Shown here: positions 19,808-30,009 of the stretch, piece after piece | Position numbering within the stretch: position 1 is the stretch's first letter | How the letters are laid out: each line of letters opens with the position of its first letter | From: Rhodospirillaceae bacterium UBA3470 | GTDB lineage: Bacteria; Pseudomonadota; Alphaproteobacteria; Rhodospirillales; Casp-alpha2 | Assembly (NCBI GenBank): GCA_002378125.1 | Contig: DFRF01000041.1 | Location: forward strand, 420-64,419 | Reading direction: 5' to 3' | Length of the DNA: 64,000 nt | The notes under the pieces: generated by a model | Database searches by the model: none | What the model was told of the DNA's origin: nothing | Seen by the model: the letters and a program-made list of their open reading frames with translations, nothing else | Program-made: the position numbers and the translations under genes

Positions 19808-20494
19808 ATGCCCCCCTATGCCAACGACGACGAACTGTTCACACTCCTCAAAACTAAGCTTTTCCCAGCGGTGGTTGGCGACGTCTTGGACAAAATGGGG
19901 TATCTGCATCAGTTTCTGCCCGCCGACATTGAACCCCTGGACGACGACATGGTACTGGCCGGTCGGGCCATGCCGGTACTGGAAGCCGATATTTACGACG
20001 CCGAGGGCAGCAACAACCCTCTAGCAGGCAAGCCCTTCGGACTGATGCTCGAAGCTTTGGACAGCCTCAAACCCGGCGACATTTATATCGCGGCAGGCGG
20101 ATCCTTGAAATACGCCATGTTCGGCGAGCTCATGTCTACCCGGGCAAAGATTTTAGGCGCCAACGGCGCACTCGTGAATGGCTACATTCGCGACACCAAG
20201 GGCATCAAGGCTCTCGGCTTTCCAACCTTCGGGCGCGGAAAATATGCTCAGGACCAAGGGCCTCGCGGCCAGGTCATCGACTACAACGTGACGGTAGAGA
20301 TCGCCGGTATTCGTATTGAACCAGGCGCGCTGTTGTTCGGCGATTGCGAGGGTGTCCTGGTGATTCCCAAGGCGGTCGAGGAAGAGGCCATCGCGAATTC
20401 CCTGGAGAAGGCGGCCATGGAAAACACCGTCGAGGATGCTATCAAACGCGGTATGAGCACTGTGGAGGCATTCAAGACCTATGGGGTGATGTGA
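19808..20494 (+). CDS. RraA family protein (HMG/CHA aldolase-like)
   Basis: 228 aa. The GELMSTRAKILGANGALVNGYIRD and FGDCEGVLVIP segments are typical of the RraA/demethylmenaquinone methyltransferase-like fold. Confidence 0.8.
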   Translation: MPPYANDDELFTLLKTKLFPAVVGDVLDKMGYLHQFLPADIEPLDDDMVLAGRAMPVLEADIYDAEGSNNPLAGKPFGLMLEALDSLKPGDIYIAAGGSLKYAMFGELMSTRAKILGANGALVNGYIRDTKGIKALGFPTFGRGKYAQDQGPRGQVIDYNVTVEIAGIRIEPGALLFGDCEGVLVIPKAVEEEAIANSLEKAAMENTVEDAIKRGMSTVEAFKTYGVM

Positions 20495-20968
20495 GCGCCC
20501 AATTTTTGTAAGCATCAAATTTGATTCGTATTTCTATACTCGTGATATTAGGCCAACGCGTTGGATATTTGATTAAACCGAAGAACGCACCAACCCGTGT
20601 AAATCAGTGCTGGAGCGCTTCATGCTTTCAGATACTCTCCCGGCGGCGACACATTGCGTTTCAACACTGACAATCCAGGCCGCCGAGACACCTTAGGACG
20701 ACACCGTAAAAAGAAACGCACAAGAGACCCACGGCACAGGCAAGCAGCATCATCCGAATTAGGCCGTAGGCATGACAAATGAACTGTTTGAAACACTGGG
20801 CATCTAGGATCTCGTTTTAGTGCCTCCGAATTAAGGGCGCCTCCCCGCTGGACTGCGTAAAACGCTCGCACCCAAAAATCCATGGCGTCATCGGGAAATG
20901 AAAACAGTTGCGGTCGGCGCGAAAGTGTGGAGATATCGAAGCGCCCGCCAATCGAACCGGATCGACCA

Positions 20969-22087
20969 ATGCGCCTTGGCTACTTCACCATGCCGATGCA
21001 CCCCCTGGATCGGGACTATACAACCACCCTGAAGCAAGACCGCGAGACCATAATGCTCTGCGACGCCTTGGGCTATCACGACGCCTTCGTGGGCGAGCAT
21101 CTAACCGATACGGCAGAGAGTATCACCAACTCGATGCTGTTCCTGGCAACACTGATCCACGGCACGGATAATATCATCCTAGGCACGGGGACCTCCAACC
21201 TGACCCATACTCACCCGGTCCACATCGCTGCCCATGCGGCCATGTTCGATCATCTTTCGGAAGGTCGCTTCATCCTGGGCATTAGCCCCGGCACGCTGAT
21301 GTCTGACCGCGAGGCCCTCGGCATTCTGGACGAAGACATCAACAAGATGTTCGCCGAAGCCATCGACGTCATCATGGCCATTTGGGAACGCGATCCGCCC
21401 TACAAGATCAATTTTCCCGACAACCGATGGGCCGTGACCACGGAGAAGTCCTTCGATCCGTCCCACGGCACGGGCATCATTCCGAAGCCCTATCAGAAAC
21501 CGCATCCAGAAATCGTCGGCACCGTCGTGGCGCCGTTTTCCAAAGGCGTCATCGAGATGGGCAAGAAAGGCTTCCACCCGATCTCTGCCAACTTCCTCAT
21601 CGACAAGTGGGTAGCCAGCCATTGGGTCAACTATGCCCAGGGCTGCGAATTTGCACGCCGGTCCGCCAATCCCGCCGACTGGCGGGTGGCGCGGACTATC
21701 TTCGTCAACGACGACCATGCCACCGCGAAGGCCTATGGCAAAACGAATGAGCGCAGTCCCTACCGCTTCTATTACGGCCAGCTTCTCTACAAGCTTTCAA
21801 AGTTCGGCCGCCAGGGCGTCTTCAAGCGCGATCGGGACGAGCCGGACGATGCCATAACCATCGATCGGATCGTTGACGACCTCGTGATCTGCGGTGACGT
21901 GGAGAGCGTCATCGACCAGCTTTTAGCCTTTCGGGAGACCACGGGGCCGTTTGGCGAATTGATCATTGCCGGCATGGACTGGGTCGATGAGGATTTGACC
22001 AAGCGGTCTCTGCAATTGATGGCCGAAGACGTCATGCCGCGTGTCAACAAGGCCATTGGTGAAACCTGGGAACGTCAGGTAGCTTGA
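20969..22087 (+). CDS. LLM class (luciferase-like) flavin-dependent monooxygenase
   Basis: ORF 20882..22087. The family N-terminus (MRLGYFTMPMHP) begins at ATG 20969. No clear RBS supports either start, so the 5' end is uncertain. Confidence 0.8.
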   Translation: MRLGYFTMPMHPLDRDYTTTLKQDRETIMLCDALGYHDAFVGEHLTDTAESITNSMLFLATLIHGTDNIILGTGTSNLTHTHPVHIAAHAAMFDHLSEGRFILGISPGTLMSDREALGILDEDINKMFAEAIDVIMAIWERDPPYKINFPDNRWAVTTEKSFDPSHGTGIIPKPYQKPHPEIVGTVVAPFSKGVIEMGKKGFHPISANFLIDKWVASHWVNYAQGCEFARRSANPADWRVARTIFVNDDHATAKAYGKTNERSPYRFYYGQLLYKLSKFGRQGVFKRDRDEPDDAITIDRIVDDLVICGDVESVIDQLLAFRETTGPFGELIIAGMDWVDEDLTKRSLQLMAEDVMPRVNKAIGETWERQVA

Positions 22088-22210
22088 AGTTAAAGGCCGC
22101 CTAACCGTGCTGACGATCCAAGAATTTTCTGCGAACAAATTGTCAAAGCCTAACAGGCGGCCGGTCGGGACTTGGCAGCCAGTACGCGTTTCGACCTTTT
22201 GGCTCTAGGC

Positions 22211-23374
22211 CTATAGGGACGCCTTGATCCGCTCGATTGCGATCAAAATATTCTCCGTCGAATTGGCGTAGGAGAAACGCACATAGCCCTCGCCCTGGAC
22301 GCCGAAGCTGGTGCCGGCAATCAGCGCCACTCCGGCCTCGTTGAGAAGTCGATCCTGTAGCTCGCGGGCCGAGATTCCGGTTTCCGAGATGTTGGGAAAG
22401 GCATAAAAGGCGCCCGCGGGCTCGACACAGGAAAAGCCAGCGATCTGGTTCAGTTCGCGCATGATCACGCGCCGGCGCTCGTCAAATGCTGCGACCATTG
22501 CATCCACAGCATCCTGCGGACCGGTGAGCGCGGCGATGCCAGCAAACTGGACCGCCGCGTTGACGCAGGAGTGACAATTAATTGAAAACCGCGTCGCCAG
22601 TTCGATCATGCCCTTCGGCCACACCCCGTAGCCCATGCGCCAACCAGTCATGGCGTAGGTCTTCGACCAGCCGTTGAGCAAGATCAGCCGGTCGCTCAGG
22701 CTCTCGTATTCCAGCATGCTTACGTGCTCGCGGCCGTCGTAGAGCATACGATCGTAGATTTCATCCGACATGATCGCCACGTGCGGGTGCTCCTCCAGAC
22801 CCGCCGCTAGTTTGTCCATTTCTTCGCGGGGTACATAACCGCCCGTGGGGTTGGCCGGGCTGTTGATGATCAGCAGGCGCGTGGCCGGCGTTATCAACTC
22901 GAGCACCTCGTCTGCGGAGAAGGAGAAATTGTTCATTTCATGCAGCGCCATGGGCACGGGCTTGGCGCCGGTGAAGTTGATGACACTTTCATAGATGGGG
23001 AAGCCCGGGTTGGGGTAGATGATCTCGGTCCCGGGCTCCCCGAACATGAGAATAGCGAAGAACATCGTTACCTTGCCGCCGGGCACGATCATGATCTGGT
23101 CTGGATCGATTGTGACGCCGCGCCGCGCCATAATGTCGGCGGCTACGGCCTCGCGGCACTCGACGATGCCGTTCGCCGGCGTGTAGCCATGATGACCGTC
23201 ACGAAGAGCCTTCGCGGCGGCCTCGACAATGTGGTCCGGCGTCTTAAAATCAGGTTGGCCGATGCCGAGATTGATGATGTCCCTGCCTTCAGCAGACAAC
23301 TTGTTGGCCCGGGCCAGAACCTCGAATGCTGATTCGGTGCCCAACCGACCCATGGCGGTGACCATTTCAACCAT
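22211..23374 (-). CDS. pyridoxal phosphate-dependent aminotransferase (class I, aspartate/aromatic type)
   Basis: 387 aa. The PLP-lysine region is GWSKTYAMTGWRMGY, and NLGIGQPDF lies near the N-terminus. Confidence 0.88.
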   Translation of the reverse strand: MVEMVTAMGRLGTESAFEVLARANKLSAEGRDIINLGIGQPDFKTPDHIVEAAAKALRDGHHGYTPANGIVECREAVAADIMARRGVTIDPDQIMIVPGGKVTMFFAILMFGEPGTEIIYPNPGFPIYESVINFTGAKPVPMALHEMNNFSFSADEVLELITPATRLLIINSPANPTGGYVPREEMDKLAAGLEEHPHVAIMSDEIYDRMLYDGREHVSMLEYESLSDRLILLNGWSKTYAMTGWRMGYGVWPKGMIELATRFSINCHSCVNAAVQFAGIAALTGPQDAVDAMVAAFDERRRVIMRELNQIAGFSCVEPAGAFYAFPNISETGISARELQDRLLNEAGVALIAGTSFGVQGEGYVRFSYANSTENILIAIERIKASL

Positions 23375-23477
23375 CGATCTCTCTCCGTCTTTTCGTTAGG
23401 GGATGGGCACTCTATGGTAGCGGCCACGTTTGAGCAACGGGGTCGCCCCTGGAGAAGCGTGAGGGGGAGCCTGAGCT

Positions 23478-24635
23478 ATGAAACCCGTCAATTCCGTCCT
23501 GTCTAGTTACGGCGTCACCGTATTTGAGACCATGTCGCGCCTCGCCATGGAGATGGACGCCATCAACCTTGGCCAGGGCTTCCCCGACGACAACGGGCCA
23601 GAGAACCTGCGCCTCATGGCCGCCGAGGCTGTCATCAACGGGCCGAACCAATATCCCCCTATGCTGGGCATTCCGGAATTACGCCAGGCGGTGGCGGAGC
23701 ATAACAAGCGCTTTTATGACCTGGACGTTGATTGGCAGACGGAAACTATGGTCACCTGCGGTGCCACGGAAAGCCTAACTGATTGCATCTTGGCGTTGAT
23801 CGAGCCCGGCGACGAGGTGGTGCTCATTGAGCCCCTTTACGACAGCTACCTCCCCATGGTGCGTCGGGCCGGCGGGATCCCTAAGCTGGTCCGCTTAGAG
23901 CCACCAAACTGGGAACTGCCGCGTGACGCCCTGGCCGACGCTTTTTCCAGCAAAACTAAGATGATCTTGCTGAATTCGCCCCAAAACCCGGCGACCAAGG
24001 TCTACGACCGAAACGAACTTCAGTTCATTGCTGACTTGGTGATCAAGCATGACGCCTATGCAGTTTGCGACGAGGTCTATGAACACATCGTCTTTGATGG
24101 GGACCAACACATTCCCCTGATGACGCTGCCAGGCATGCGCGATCGCTGCGTGCGCATCGGCTCAGCGGGAAAGACTTTCTCCATGACAGCCTGGAAGGTT
24201 GGCTACATGACCGCCCCGGCGAACCTTTTAGGCGCCATCGCCAAGGCGCACCAGTTCGTCACCTTCACCACACCCACAAATCTGCAACGCGCGGTGGCCA
24301 TGGGCCTGGAACAGGAAGACAGCTATTTCGCCGGTCTCTGTGCCACGCAGGAGGCGAAGCGCGACCGCATCCGCGATGCCTTGGATGAGGCGGGCTTTGA
24401 AACGCTGTATACAGCGGGCACCTATTTCCTGTCCGTCGATATCCGATCGGTTGGGTTTGAGGGCGGCGACGTGGCCTTTTGCGAACACATCATTCGCGAG
24501 GCGGGCGTTGCCGCCATCCCCTTGAGCGCCTTTTATCAAAAAAACGGTCAACCCCACTTCGCCCGCTTCTGCTTCTGCAAGCAAGACAGCATTCTGGACG
24601 AAGCGGCGGCGCGCCTGAAGAACCATTTCGCCTGA
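23478..24635 (+). CDS. class I/II aminotransferase (YbdL / kynurenine-oxoglutarate transaminase-like)
   Basis: 385 aa with RBS GAGGGGGAG. The PLP-lysine region is SAGKTFSMTAWKVGY, and NLGQGFPD lies near the N-terminus. Confidence 0.88.
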   Translation: MKPVNSVLSSYGVTVFETMSRLAMEMDAINLGQGFPDDNGPENLRLMAAEAVINGPNQYPPMLGIPELRQAVAEHNKRFYDLDVDWQTETMVTCGATESLTDCILALIEPGDEVVLIEPLYDSYLPMVRRAGGIPKLVRLEPPNWELPRDALADAFSSKTKMILLNSPQNPATKVYDRNELQFIADLVIKHDAYAVCDEVYEHIVFDGDQHIPLMTLPGMRDRCVRIGSAGKTFSMTAWKVGYMTAPANLLGAIAKAHQFVTFTTPTNLQRAVAMGLEQEDSYFAGLCATQEAKRDRIRDALDEAGFETLYTAGTYFLSVDIRSVGFEGGDVAFCEHIIREAGVAAIPLSAFYQKNGQPHFARFCFCKQDSILDEAAARLKNHFA

Positions 24636-24658
24636 CACGACAGAAGAGGAGTAACCTC

Positions 24659-26203
24659 ATGAACGGCGCCGAAAGCCTAGTCCGTACCCTAAAATTGGGT
24701 GGGATCGATGTCTGTTTCACCAATCCTGGCACGTCCGAGATGCATTTCATGGCAGCCCTCGACCGCACAGACGCGCTACGTTGTGTGCTCGGCCTACAAG
24801 AGAACGTCGTCACCGGGATGGCCGACGGCTACGCGCGGATGGCCGATAAGCCCGCCGCGACCTTACTGCACCTGGGCCCTGGGTTGGCCAATGGCTTGTC
24901 CAACCTGCATAACGCCTCAAAGGCGGGCACCGGCATCGTCAACATCGTCGGCGACCACGCAACCTACCACCTGGAGTACAACGCGCCCCTAACCTCCGAT
25001 ATCGAGGGGATTGCCCGGCCCGTGTCCGACTGGGTTCGGACATCGCCCGTGTCAGAAGGCATCGCCGCAGACGGAGCGGAAGCCATCCGCCAGGCGAATA
25101 CGCACCCCGGCCGTATCGCGACGCTGATCCTGCCAGGGGATACGGCCTGGAACGAGGGAGCCGAACCGGTCCCAGCGCCAAAGCCTAACGCCCCGGCCGC
25201 ACCCAGCGCTGATAAGATTGAGGGAGCCGTGAAGGCGCTCTCCAGCGGCAAGCCTACGGGCATCTTCCTAAAGGGCCCGACGCTCCGCGAACCAGGCTTA
25301 ACTCTAGCCGGCAAGATAGCCGCAAGGACGGGCGCGCGCCTTTACGCCCCCACGTCCAACGCCCGAATCGACCGTGGCGCGGGGCGGATCGCCGTGGAAC
25401 GGGTACCCTACGTGGTCGAATTAGCGGTTGAGCGCCTATCCGACCTGGAGCACATGATCGGCATCGGCGACGCGGAACCGGTGGCCTTCTTCGCCTATCC
25501 CAACAAACCGAGCCGTATTCTGCCGGACGGCTGCAACGTGCAACACCTGGCCACGGAAGAGGAAGACGGCACGAGGGCGCTGGAAATGCTGGTCGACGCG
25601 CTGGACGCTCACAACGAAACTCCGCCCGTCGCCGAACGGCGCGAGCCGGAGCTGCCGGCAGGTGAGCTAACCCAGGACACCATTGCCGCCGCCGTTTCCA
25701 ACCTTTTACCAGAGAACGCCATCGTCGTGGACGAGAGCGTCTCGTCGGGCCGTCAGCTCAATTGGCAGACGGCCGGCGCCCTACCACATAGCTGGCTTAG
25801 CATCTGCGGCGGCGCTATTGGCATAGGTTTGCCTCTGGCTGCCGGGGCCGGCATTGCCAGCCCGGACCGAAAGATCGTCGGCCTGCAGGCGGACGGTTCA
25901 GCCATGTACACTGTGCAGACGCTGTGGACTATGGCGCGTGAAAACATCGATGCAACCATCGTCATCTATGCCAACCGGGCCTATCGCATCCTGCAGGGTG
26001 AAATGACCGCCATGGGCGTGAGGGAACCGGGCCGGGTCGCCAAGGACATGTTCGGCCTGGACCGCCCAGACTTGGATTGGGTTTCAATTGCCAAAGGCAT
26101 GGGCGTCGAAGGAGAGAAGGTAGAAGAAACGGAAAGCTTCATCGACGCCTTCCAACGCGGCCTGGCCACCGACGGTCCCTATGTGGTGGAGGCGGTGATT
26201 TAG
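24659..26203 (+). CDS. thiamine pyrophosphate-binding protein (acetolactate synthase large subunit-like)
   Basis: ORF 24479..26203 trimmed to ATG 24659 (GAGGAG 8 nt upstream). It starts MNGAESLVRTLKLGGIDVCFTNPGTSEMHF and has a C-terminal TPP motif region (LQADGSAMYTVQTLWT...N). Confidence 0.85.
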   Translation: MNGAESLVRTLKLGGIDVCFTNPGTSEMHFMAALDRTDALRCVLGLQENVVTGMADGYARMADKPAATLLHLGPGLANGLSNLHNASKAGTGIVNIVGDHATYHLEYNAPLTSDIEGIARPVSDWVRTSPVSEGIAADGAEAIRQANTHPGRIATLILPGDTAWNEGAEPVPAPKPNAPAAPSADKIEGAVKALSSGKPTGIFLKGPTLREPGLTLAGKIAARTGARLYAPTSNARIDRGAGRIAVERVPYVVELAVERLSDLEHMIGIGDAEPVAFFAYPNKPSRILPDGCNVQHLATEEEDGTRALEMLVDALDAHNETPPVAERREPELPAGELTQDTIAAAVSNLLPENAIVVDESVSSGRQLNWQTAGALPHSWLSICGGAIGIGLPLAAGAGIASPDRKIVGLQADGSAMYTVQTLWTMARENIDATIVIYANRAYRILQGEMTAMGVREPGRVAKDMFGLDRPDLDWVSIAKGMGVEGEKVEETESFIDAFQRGLATDGPYVVEAVI

Positions 26204-26260
26204 CGGACGAATCTTCGGCGCGTCGGAACGCCGATCGGCCACACAATCAAGGCGCGGGAC

Positions 26261-26377
26261 CTAGACGAAGATTTCGAGTGCGCCGATGACAAGAAACACA
26301 AGCGCCAGGGCTATCGCGGCGCCGTAGATCATGATGTTGCAGACAGACTTGATGGTGAAAGGTTGGTTCAAGTTCAT
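26261..26377 (-). CDS. hypothetical 38 aa membrane peptide
   Basis: Not in the ORF track. Translation is MNLNQPFTIKSVCNIMIYGAAIALALVFLVIGALEIFV, with a single predicted TM helix. The RBS is weak (AAGAG). Confidence 0.25.
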   Translation of the reverse strand: MNLNQPFTIKSVCNIMIYGAAIALALVFLVIGALEIFV

Positions 26378-26516
26378 ATGGTGCTCTTTTCGTCTCTATA
26401 CATTTGCGCAGCCTTGTAGCGCCTTAACTATATCACAAAGTGACGGGCAGATCATAAACGTTGGTTCTGGCATAGGCTAGGGACAACCTTTGTTAGAACA
26501 CATGGTTTTGGCTAAT

Positions 26517-26741
26517 TCAGTCATCCCCAAACTTCACAATTGCATTCCCCGCTCGGCCTGACAGACCGTGTCCACCACAAATCCGAACCGGCACCCTAAT
26601 GTGGCGTTCGCCCATCGGGTAGTTGCCGCCCCCAACGAACATGATCTCGTCCTTGCCTGCTCCCAAAAGCGCCGTCTGCACCTTTTTGCAGACCTTCGCC
26701 GTTAGGTTCGCCTTCCCGCAAATGGAACCCACGCCTTTCAC
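26517..26741 (-). CDS. hypothetical 74 aa Gly/Cys-containing protein
   Basis: The ORF has moderate GC3 and a GTG start. No family was recognised (…MFVGGGNYPMGERHIRVPVRICGGHGLSGRAGNAIVKFGDD). Confidence 0.4.
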   Translation of the reverse strand: MKGVGSICGKANLTAKVCKKVQTALLGAGKDEIMFVGGGNYPMGERHIRVPVRICGGHGLSGRAGNAIVKFGDD

Positions 26742-26885
26742 GTGCTCGGTTTGCTTCGTCTTCTACGCCGCCTGAATGGCTACAACCCTCAGCGCCGCCA
26801 AGGATACGGTCACCACTTCGGTGCTGTGACCAGAAGGTTTCAATGGCGCTTGCAAAATGTCCTGCGACATCGCCCTAATACCTCC

Positions 26886-27587
26886 ATGGAAGCGACACCT
26901 GACAATCCGCTGACCAGGGGCAGCACGCGACCGTTGCGGGAAACGGAAACCTGGGTCTTCGACTTGGACAACACCCTCTATCCAGAGACATGCCGCCTGT
27001 TCGACCAAGTCGATAAGAACATCACCCGGTTCATCATGCAGTTCTTAAGCCTGGAATGGGACGAGGCCTACGGCCTGCAGAAAGGCTATTTCCGTCAATA
27101 CGGGACCACCATGAACGGCCTGATGAACTTGCACGGTGCAGACCCGCATGAATTCCTGGAATTCGTTCATGACATCGACCTCTCTCCCGTCGATAAAAAT
27201 CCGCGCCTGGATACGGTGCTAGCTAAACTGCCAGGCCGCAAGATAATCTTCACCAATGGCTCAGTGGCCCATGCCGAAGGGGTCATGGGGGCGCTGGGTG
27301 TGGCCCATCATTTTGAAGCTATTTTCGACATCGTCGCATCAGACTACCGCCCAAAACCCAACCGAAACGCCTATGACAAGTTCGTTGCCGATCACAACGT
27401 TGACCCGAACCGCGCCGTTATGGTCGAGGACATGGCTCGGAACCTTGCCCCAGCCCATGAGATGGGCATGACTTGCGTGTGGATAACGTCAGACAATGAT
27501 TGGGCCAAAGCCGGCCACGACGGCGATCACGTGCATTACGTTGTCGACGATCTGACAAAATGGTTGGAGACCTTAGCCGAGCCTTGA
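26886..27587 (+). CDS. pyrimidine 5'-nucleotidase (HAD superfamily, subfamily IA)
   Basis: ORF 26742..27587 trimmed to ATG 26886. HAD motif I is present (WVFDLDNTLY), with later motifs (IFTNGS, MVEDMARNL). Confidence 0.8.
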   Translation: MEATPDNPLTRGSTRPLRETETWVFDLDNTLYPETCRLFDQVDKNITRFIMQFLSLEWDEAYGLQKGYFRQYGTTMNGLMNLHGADPHEFLEFVHDIDLSPVDKNPRLDTVLAKLPGRKIIFTNGSVAHAEGVMGALGVAHHFEAIFDIVASDYRPKPNRNAYDKFVADHNVDPNRAVMVEDMARNLAPAHEMGMTCVWITSDNDWAKAGHDGDHVHYVVDDLTKWLETLAEP

Positions 27588-27795
27588 TGCATGTCAATCC
27601 AGTGGCCGCGACGTGACGTTGGGTCTGGCCGTCACGCCCATGTTCGGAGGCCGCGCCGTCGAAGCCGGCGAAGAATGGGCATTGTCCGGCCCCGCACTGG
27701 TGGGGATAATCGCCGCGGCCCGGGTCGCGGCAAGTTTGCGAATAAATGGATGCAACAACCGAATTGTCCATTTTGATCCAATAAGGAATTACCAC

Positions 27796-28950
27796 ATGAC
27801 ATCTTTCACGTTTCAAACAACGCGCTCGGTGATCGTCGAGCCCGGAAGCTCTGGACAATTAGGCGCCCTGATGGCGGGCCTGGGCTGCACCAACGTGCTG
27901 CTTGTTACCGACAGCGGGATCATGGGCCTAGGCCTAGCAACGGCCGCCATTGACGGTTTCTCTGACGCCGGCGTGAACCTCAGCATCTTCGCTGATGTCG
28001 TCGCCGACCCACCCGAAGAAGTCATTTTGAGTGCGGTATCGGACGCCAAGGCGAAAAACGTCGACGGCGTCGTCGGCCTGGGCGGCGGCAGCTCTATGGA
28101 CGTGGCCAAATTGCTGTCCTTCTTGCTGGGAAGCAACCAAGCACTCTCTGATATCTATGGGGTCGGCATGTGCCAAGGCGAACGTTTGCCTCTGGCCCTG
28201 GCGCCAACGACGGCGGGTACGGGCTCGGAGGTAACACCTATCTCCATCGTAACCACAGGAGCGAGTGAAAAAAAGGGCGTCGTTTCACCCCAACTGCTTC
28301 CCGATTGGGCCGTGCTGGACGCCGATTTAACCCTCGACCTTCCCAAACACATCACGGCAGCAACCGGTATAGACGCCATGGTTCACGCCATCGAAGCCTA
28401 TACCTCTAAGGTCAAAAAGAATCCCATGTCCGATTGTTTGGCGAAAGAAGCTCTTCGCCTACTTGGCACAAACATCCGCACCGTCTGTGAGAACAAGGAT
28501 GCCCGACAGGCGCGTAGCGACATGCTGCTGGGTTCCATGCTCGCGGGTATGGCCTTCTCCAACGCGCCCGTGGCCGCCGTACATGCGCTCGCCTATCCCC
28601 TGGGCGGACATTTTCATGTGCCTCACGGACTTTCAAACTCCTTGGTGCTGCCCCACGTCATGCGCTTCAACATTCCGGCGACGAGAGACGCCTATGCAGA
28701 ACTGGCGTCTATCGTGTTTCCCGATGTTGAACAGGGTTCGGCGGAAATAATGGCCGTAGAAATGACGCGGCGCCTGGCCCAGCTGGCCGATGACTTGGGC
28801 TTGGAGACCCGGCTTCGCGACGTGGGCGTATCACAAAACCAGATCCCCATGCTCGCAGAAGACGCCATGAAACAAACACGGCTCTTGGTCAACAATCCAC
28901 GCGAGATGACCTACGACGCGGCCCTCGAAATCTATCAACAAGCTCATTGA
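27796..28950 (+). CDS. iron-containing alcohol dehydrogenase
   Basis: ORF 27613..28950 trimmed to ATG 27796 (AGGA upstream). It has GLGGGSSMDVAK and the metal-binding His cluster (HAIEAY, HALAYPLGGHFHVPHG). Confidence 0.9.
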   Translation: MTSFTFQTTRSVIVEPGSSGQLGALMAGLGCTNVLLVTDSGIMGLGLATAAIDGFSDAGVNLSIFADVVADPPEEVILSAVSDAKAKNVDGVVGLGGGSSMDVAKLLSFLLGSNQALSDIYGVGMCQGERLPLALAPTTAGTGSEVTPISIVTTGASEKKGVVSPQLLPDWAVLDADLTLDLPKHITAATGIDAMVHAIEAYTSKVKKNPMSDCLAKEALRLLGTNIRTVCENKDARQARSDMLLGSMLAGMAFSNAPVAAVHALAYPLGGHFHVPHGLSNSLVLPHVMRFNIPATRDAYAELASIVFPDVEQGSAEIMAVEMTRRLAQLADDLGLETRLRDVGVSQNQIPMLAEDAMKQTRLLVNNPREMTYDAALEIYQQAH

Positions 28951-28989
28951 ACTGGGCAAGCGACAACTCTTGGATAAGGAACCCTCGAC

Positions 28990-29829
28990 GTGCAAATGAA
29001 ATCAGAGTGGAATAGCTTTGGTGGGCGCCAGGCCGTATATGTGCACAACAGCACTGAACTGGGCAGCACCGCGGAAGTCGCCGTCTTCACACCACCTCAG
29101 GCAGATGCGGGACGTGTTCCAGTCCTGACTTACCTGTCTGGCCTCACCTGCACGTGGGAGAATGTCACGACAAAAGCTGGATTTCAGGCGTGGGCGGCTG
29201 AAGCGGGCGTGATTGTAGTCTGCCCCGACACCAGTCCGCGGGGCGACAATGTGCCGGATGCGTCGGATGAATACGACTTCGGGCAGGGCGCGGGGTTCTA
29301 TGTCAACGCAACGCGTGAGCCCTGGGCGAAAAACTATCGCATGTACGCCTACGTGGTGGAGGAATTGCCGGGCCTGATCGCTAATACTGTCAATGGCGCG
29401 GATATGCAACGGCAGGGTATTTTTGGCCATTCCATGGGCGGGCATGGGGCGCTAACCATCGCTCTCAAGAACCCGGGGACCTATCGGTCCGTTTCCGCCT
29501 TCGCCCCCATCGTCGCGCCGACCCAAGTGCCCTGGGGCGAGAAGGCGCTTGGCCGCTACCTAGGCGACGACAAAAGCGATTGGATGGAATACGACGCTGT
29601 CGCCCTTGTGCAGAGCCGGGGCTGGCACGACGAGATACTGATCGATCAGGGCGAAGCAGACGAATTTCTTTTGGAACAGCTCAGACCGGAGCTCTTTCAG
29701 ACGGCCTGCGCCGACGCGGGCGTGGATCTCCAATTGCGAATGCAGCCCGGCTACGACCATTCTTACTACTTCATTTCGAGCTTCATGCGCGATCATATAG
29801 CGTGGCATGCGGCACAACTGACGGGCTAA
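28990..29829 (+). CDS. fghA: S-formylglutathione hydrolase (esterase D)
   Basis: 279 aa. It has the nucleophile elbow GHSMGGHGAL, the family N-terminus (FGGRQAVYVHNS...) and the C-terminus (GYDHSYYFISSF). Confidence 0.9.
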   Translation: MQMKSEWNSFGGRQAVYVHNSTELGSTAEVAVFTPPQADAGRVPVLTYLSGLTCTWENVTTKAGFQAWAAEAGVIVVCPDTSPRGDNVPDASDEYDFGQGAGFYVNATREPWAKNYRMYAYVVEELPGLIANTVNGADMQRQGIFGHSMGGHGALTIALKNPGTYRSVSAFAPIVAPTQVPWGEKALGRYLGDDKSDWMEYDAVALVQSRGWHDEILIDQGEADEFLLEQLRPELFQTACADAGVDLQLRMQPGYDHSYYFISSFMRDHIAWHAAQLTG

Positions 29830-29937
29830 TCTGCCGCGCCGATTCGTGCCAGCCCGTCCTGACCGCCATTAATCACAGACCCCGACCTTAAACCTAGATG
29901 GTTTTCCCACCGTCATTCTGCGTTGTGACTCAGGGTT

Positions 29938-29955
29938 GTAATGTTATAACAAAAT
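29938..29955. promoter_or_regulatory. Zur-box-like palindrome upstream of the DUF1826-like gene
   Basis: GTAATGTTATAACAAAAT contains the perfect 10 bp palindrome TGTTATAACA (29942-29951), built from ATGTTAT/ATAACA half sites. A TAATAT -10-like hexamer follows at 29957-29962, about 50 nt before the ATG at 30010. Confidence 0.4.
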
Positions 29956-30009
29956 GTAATATCTTGAGCTCTCCATTCAGCCGTCACATTAAGTTTGTAA
30001 AGCCGTCCC

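Noticed and set aside
24479-24658. Long N-terminal extensions in ORF-track entries (for example 24479, 27613, 37561, 51965, 59710, 36208, 26742, and the 5' ends of 54107..57010 and 57081..60137)
   Set aside because: The extensions overlap upstream genes or are Arg/Pro-rich. Internal ATG/GTG codons with an RBS coincide with the family N-termini.
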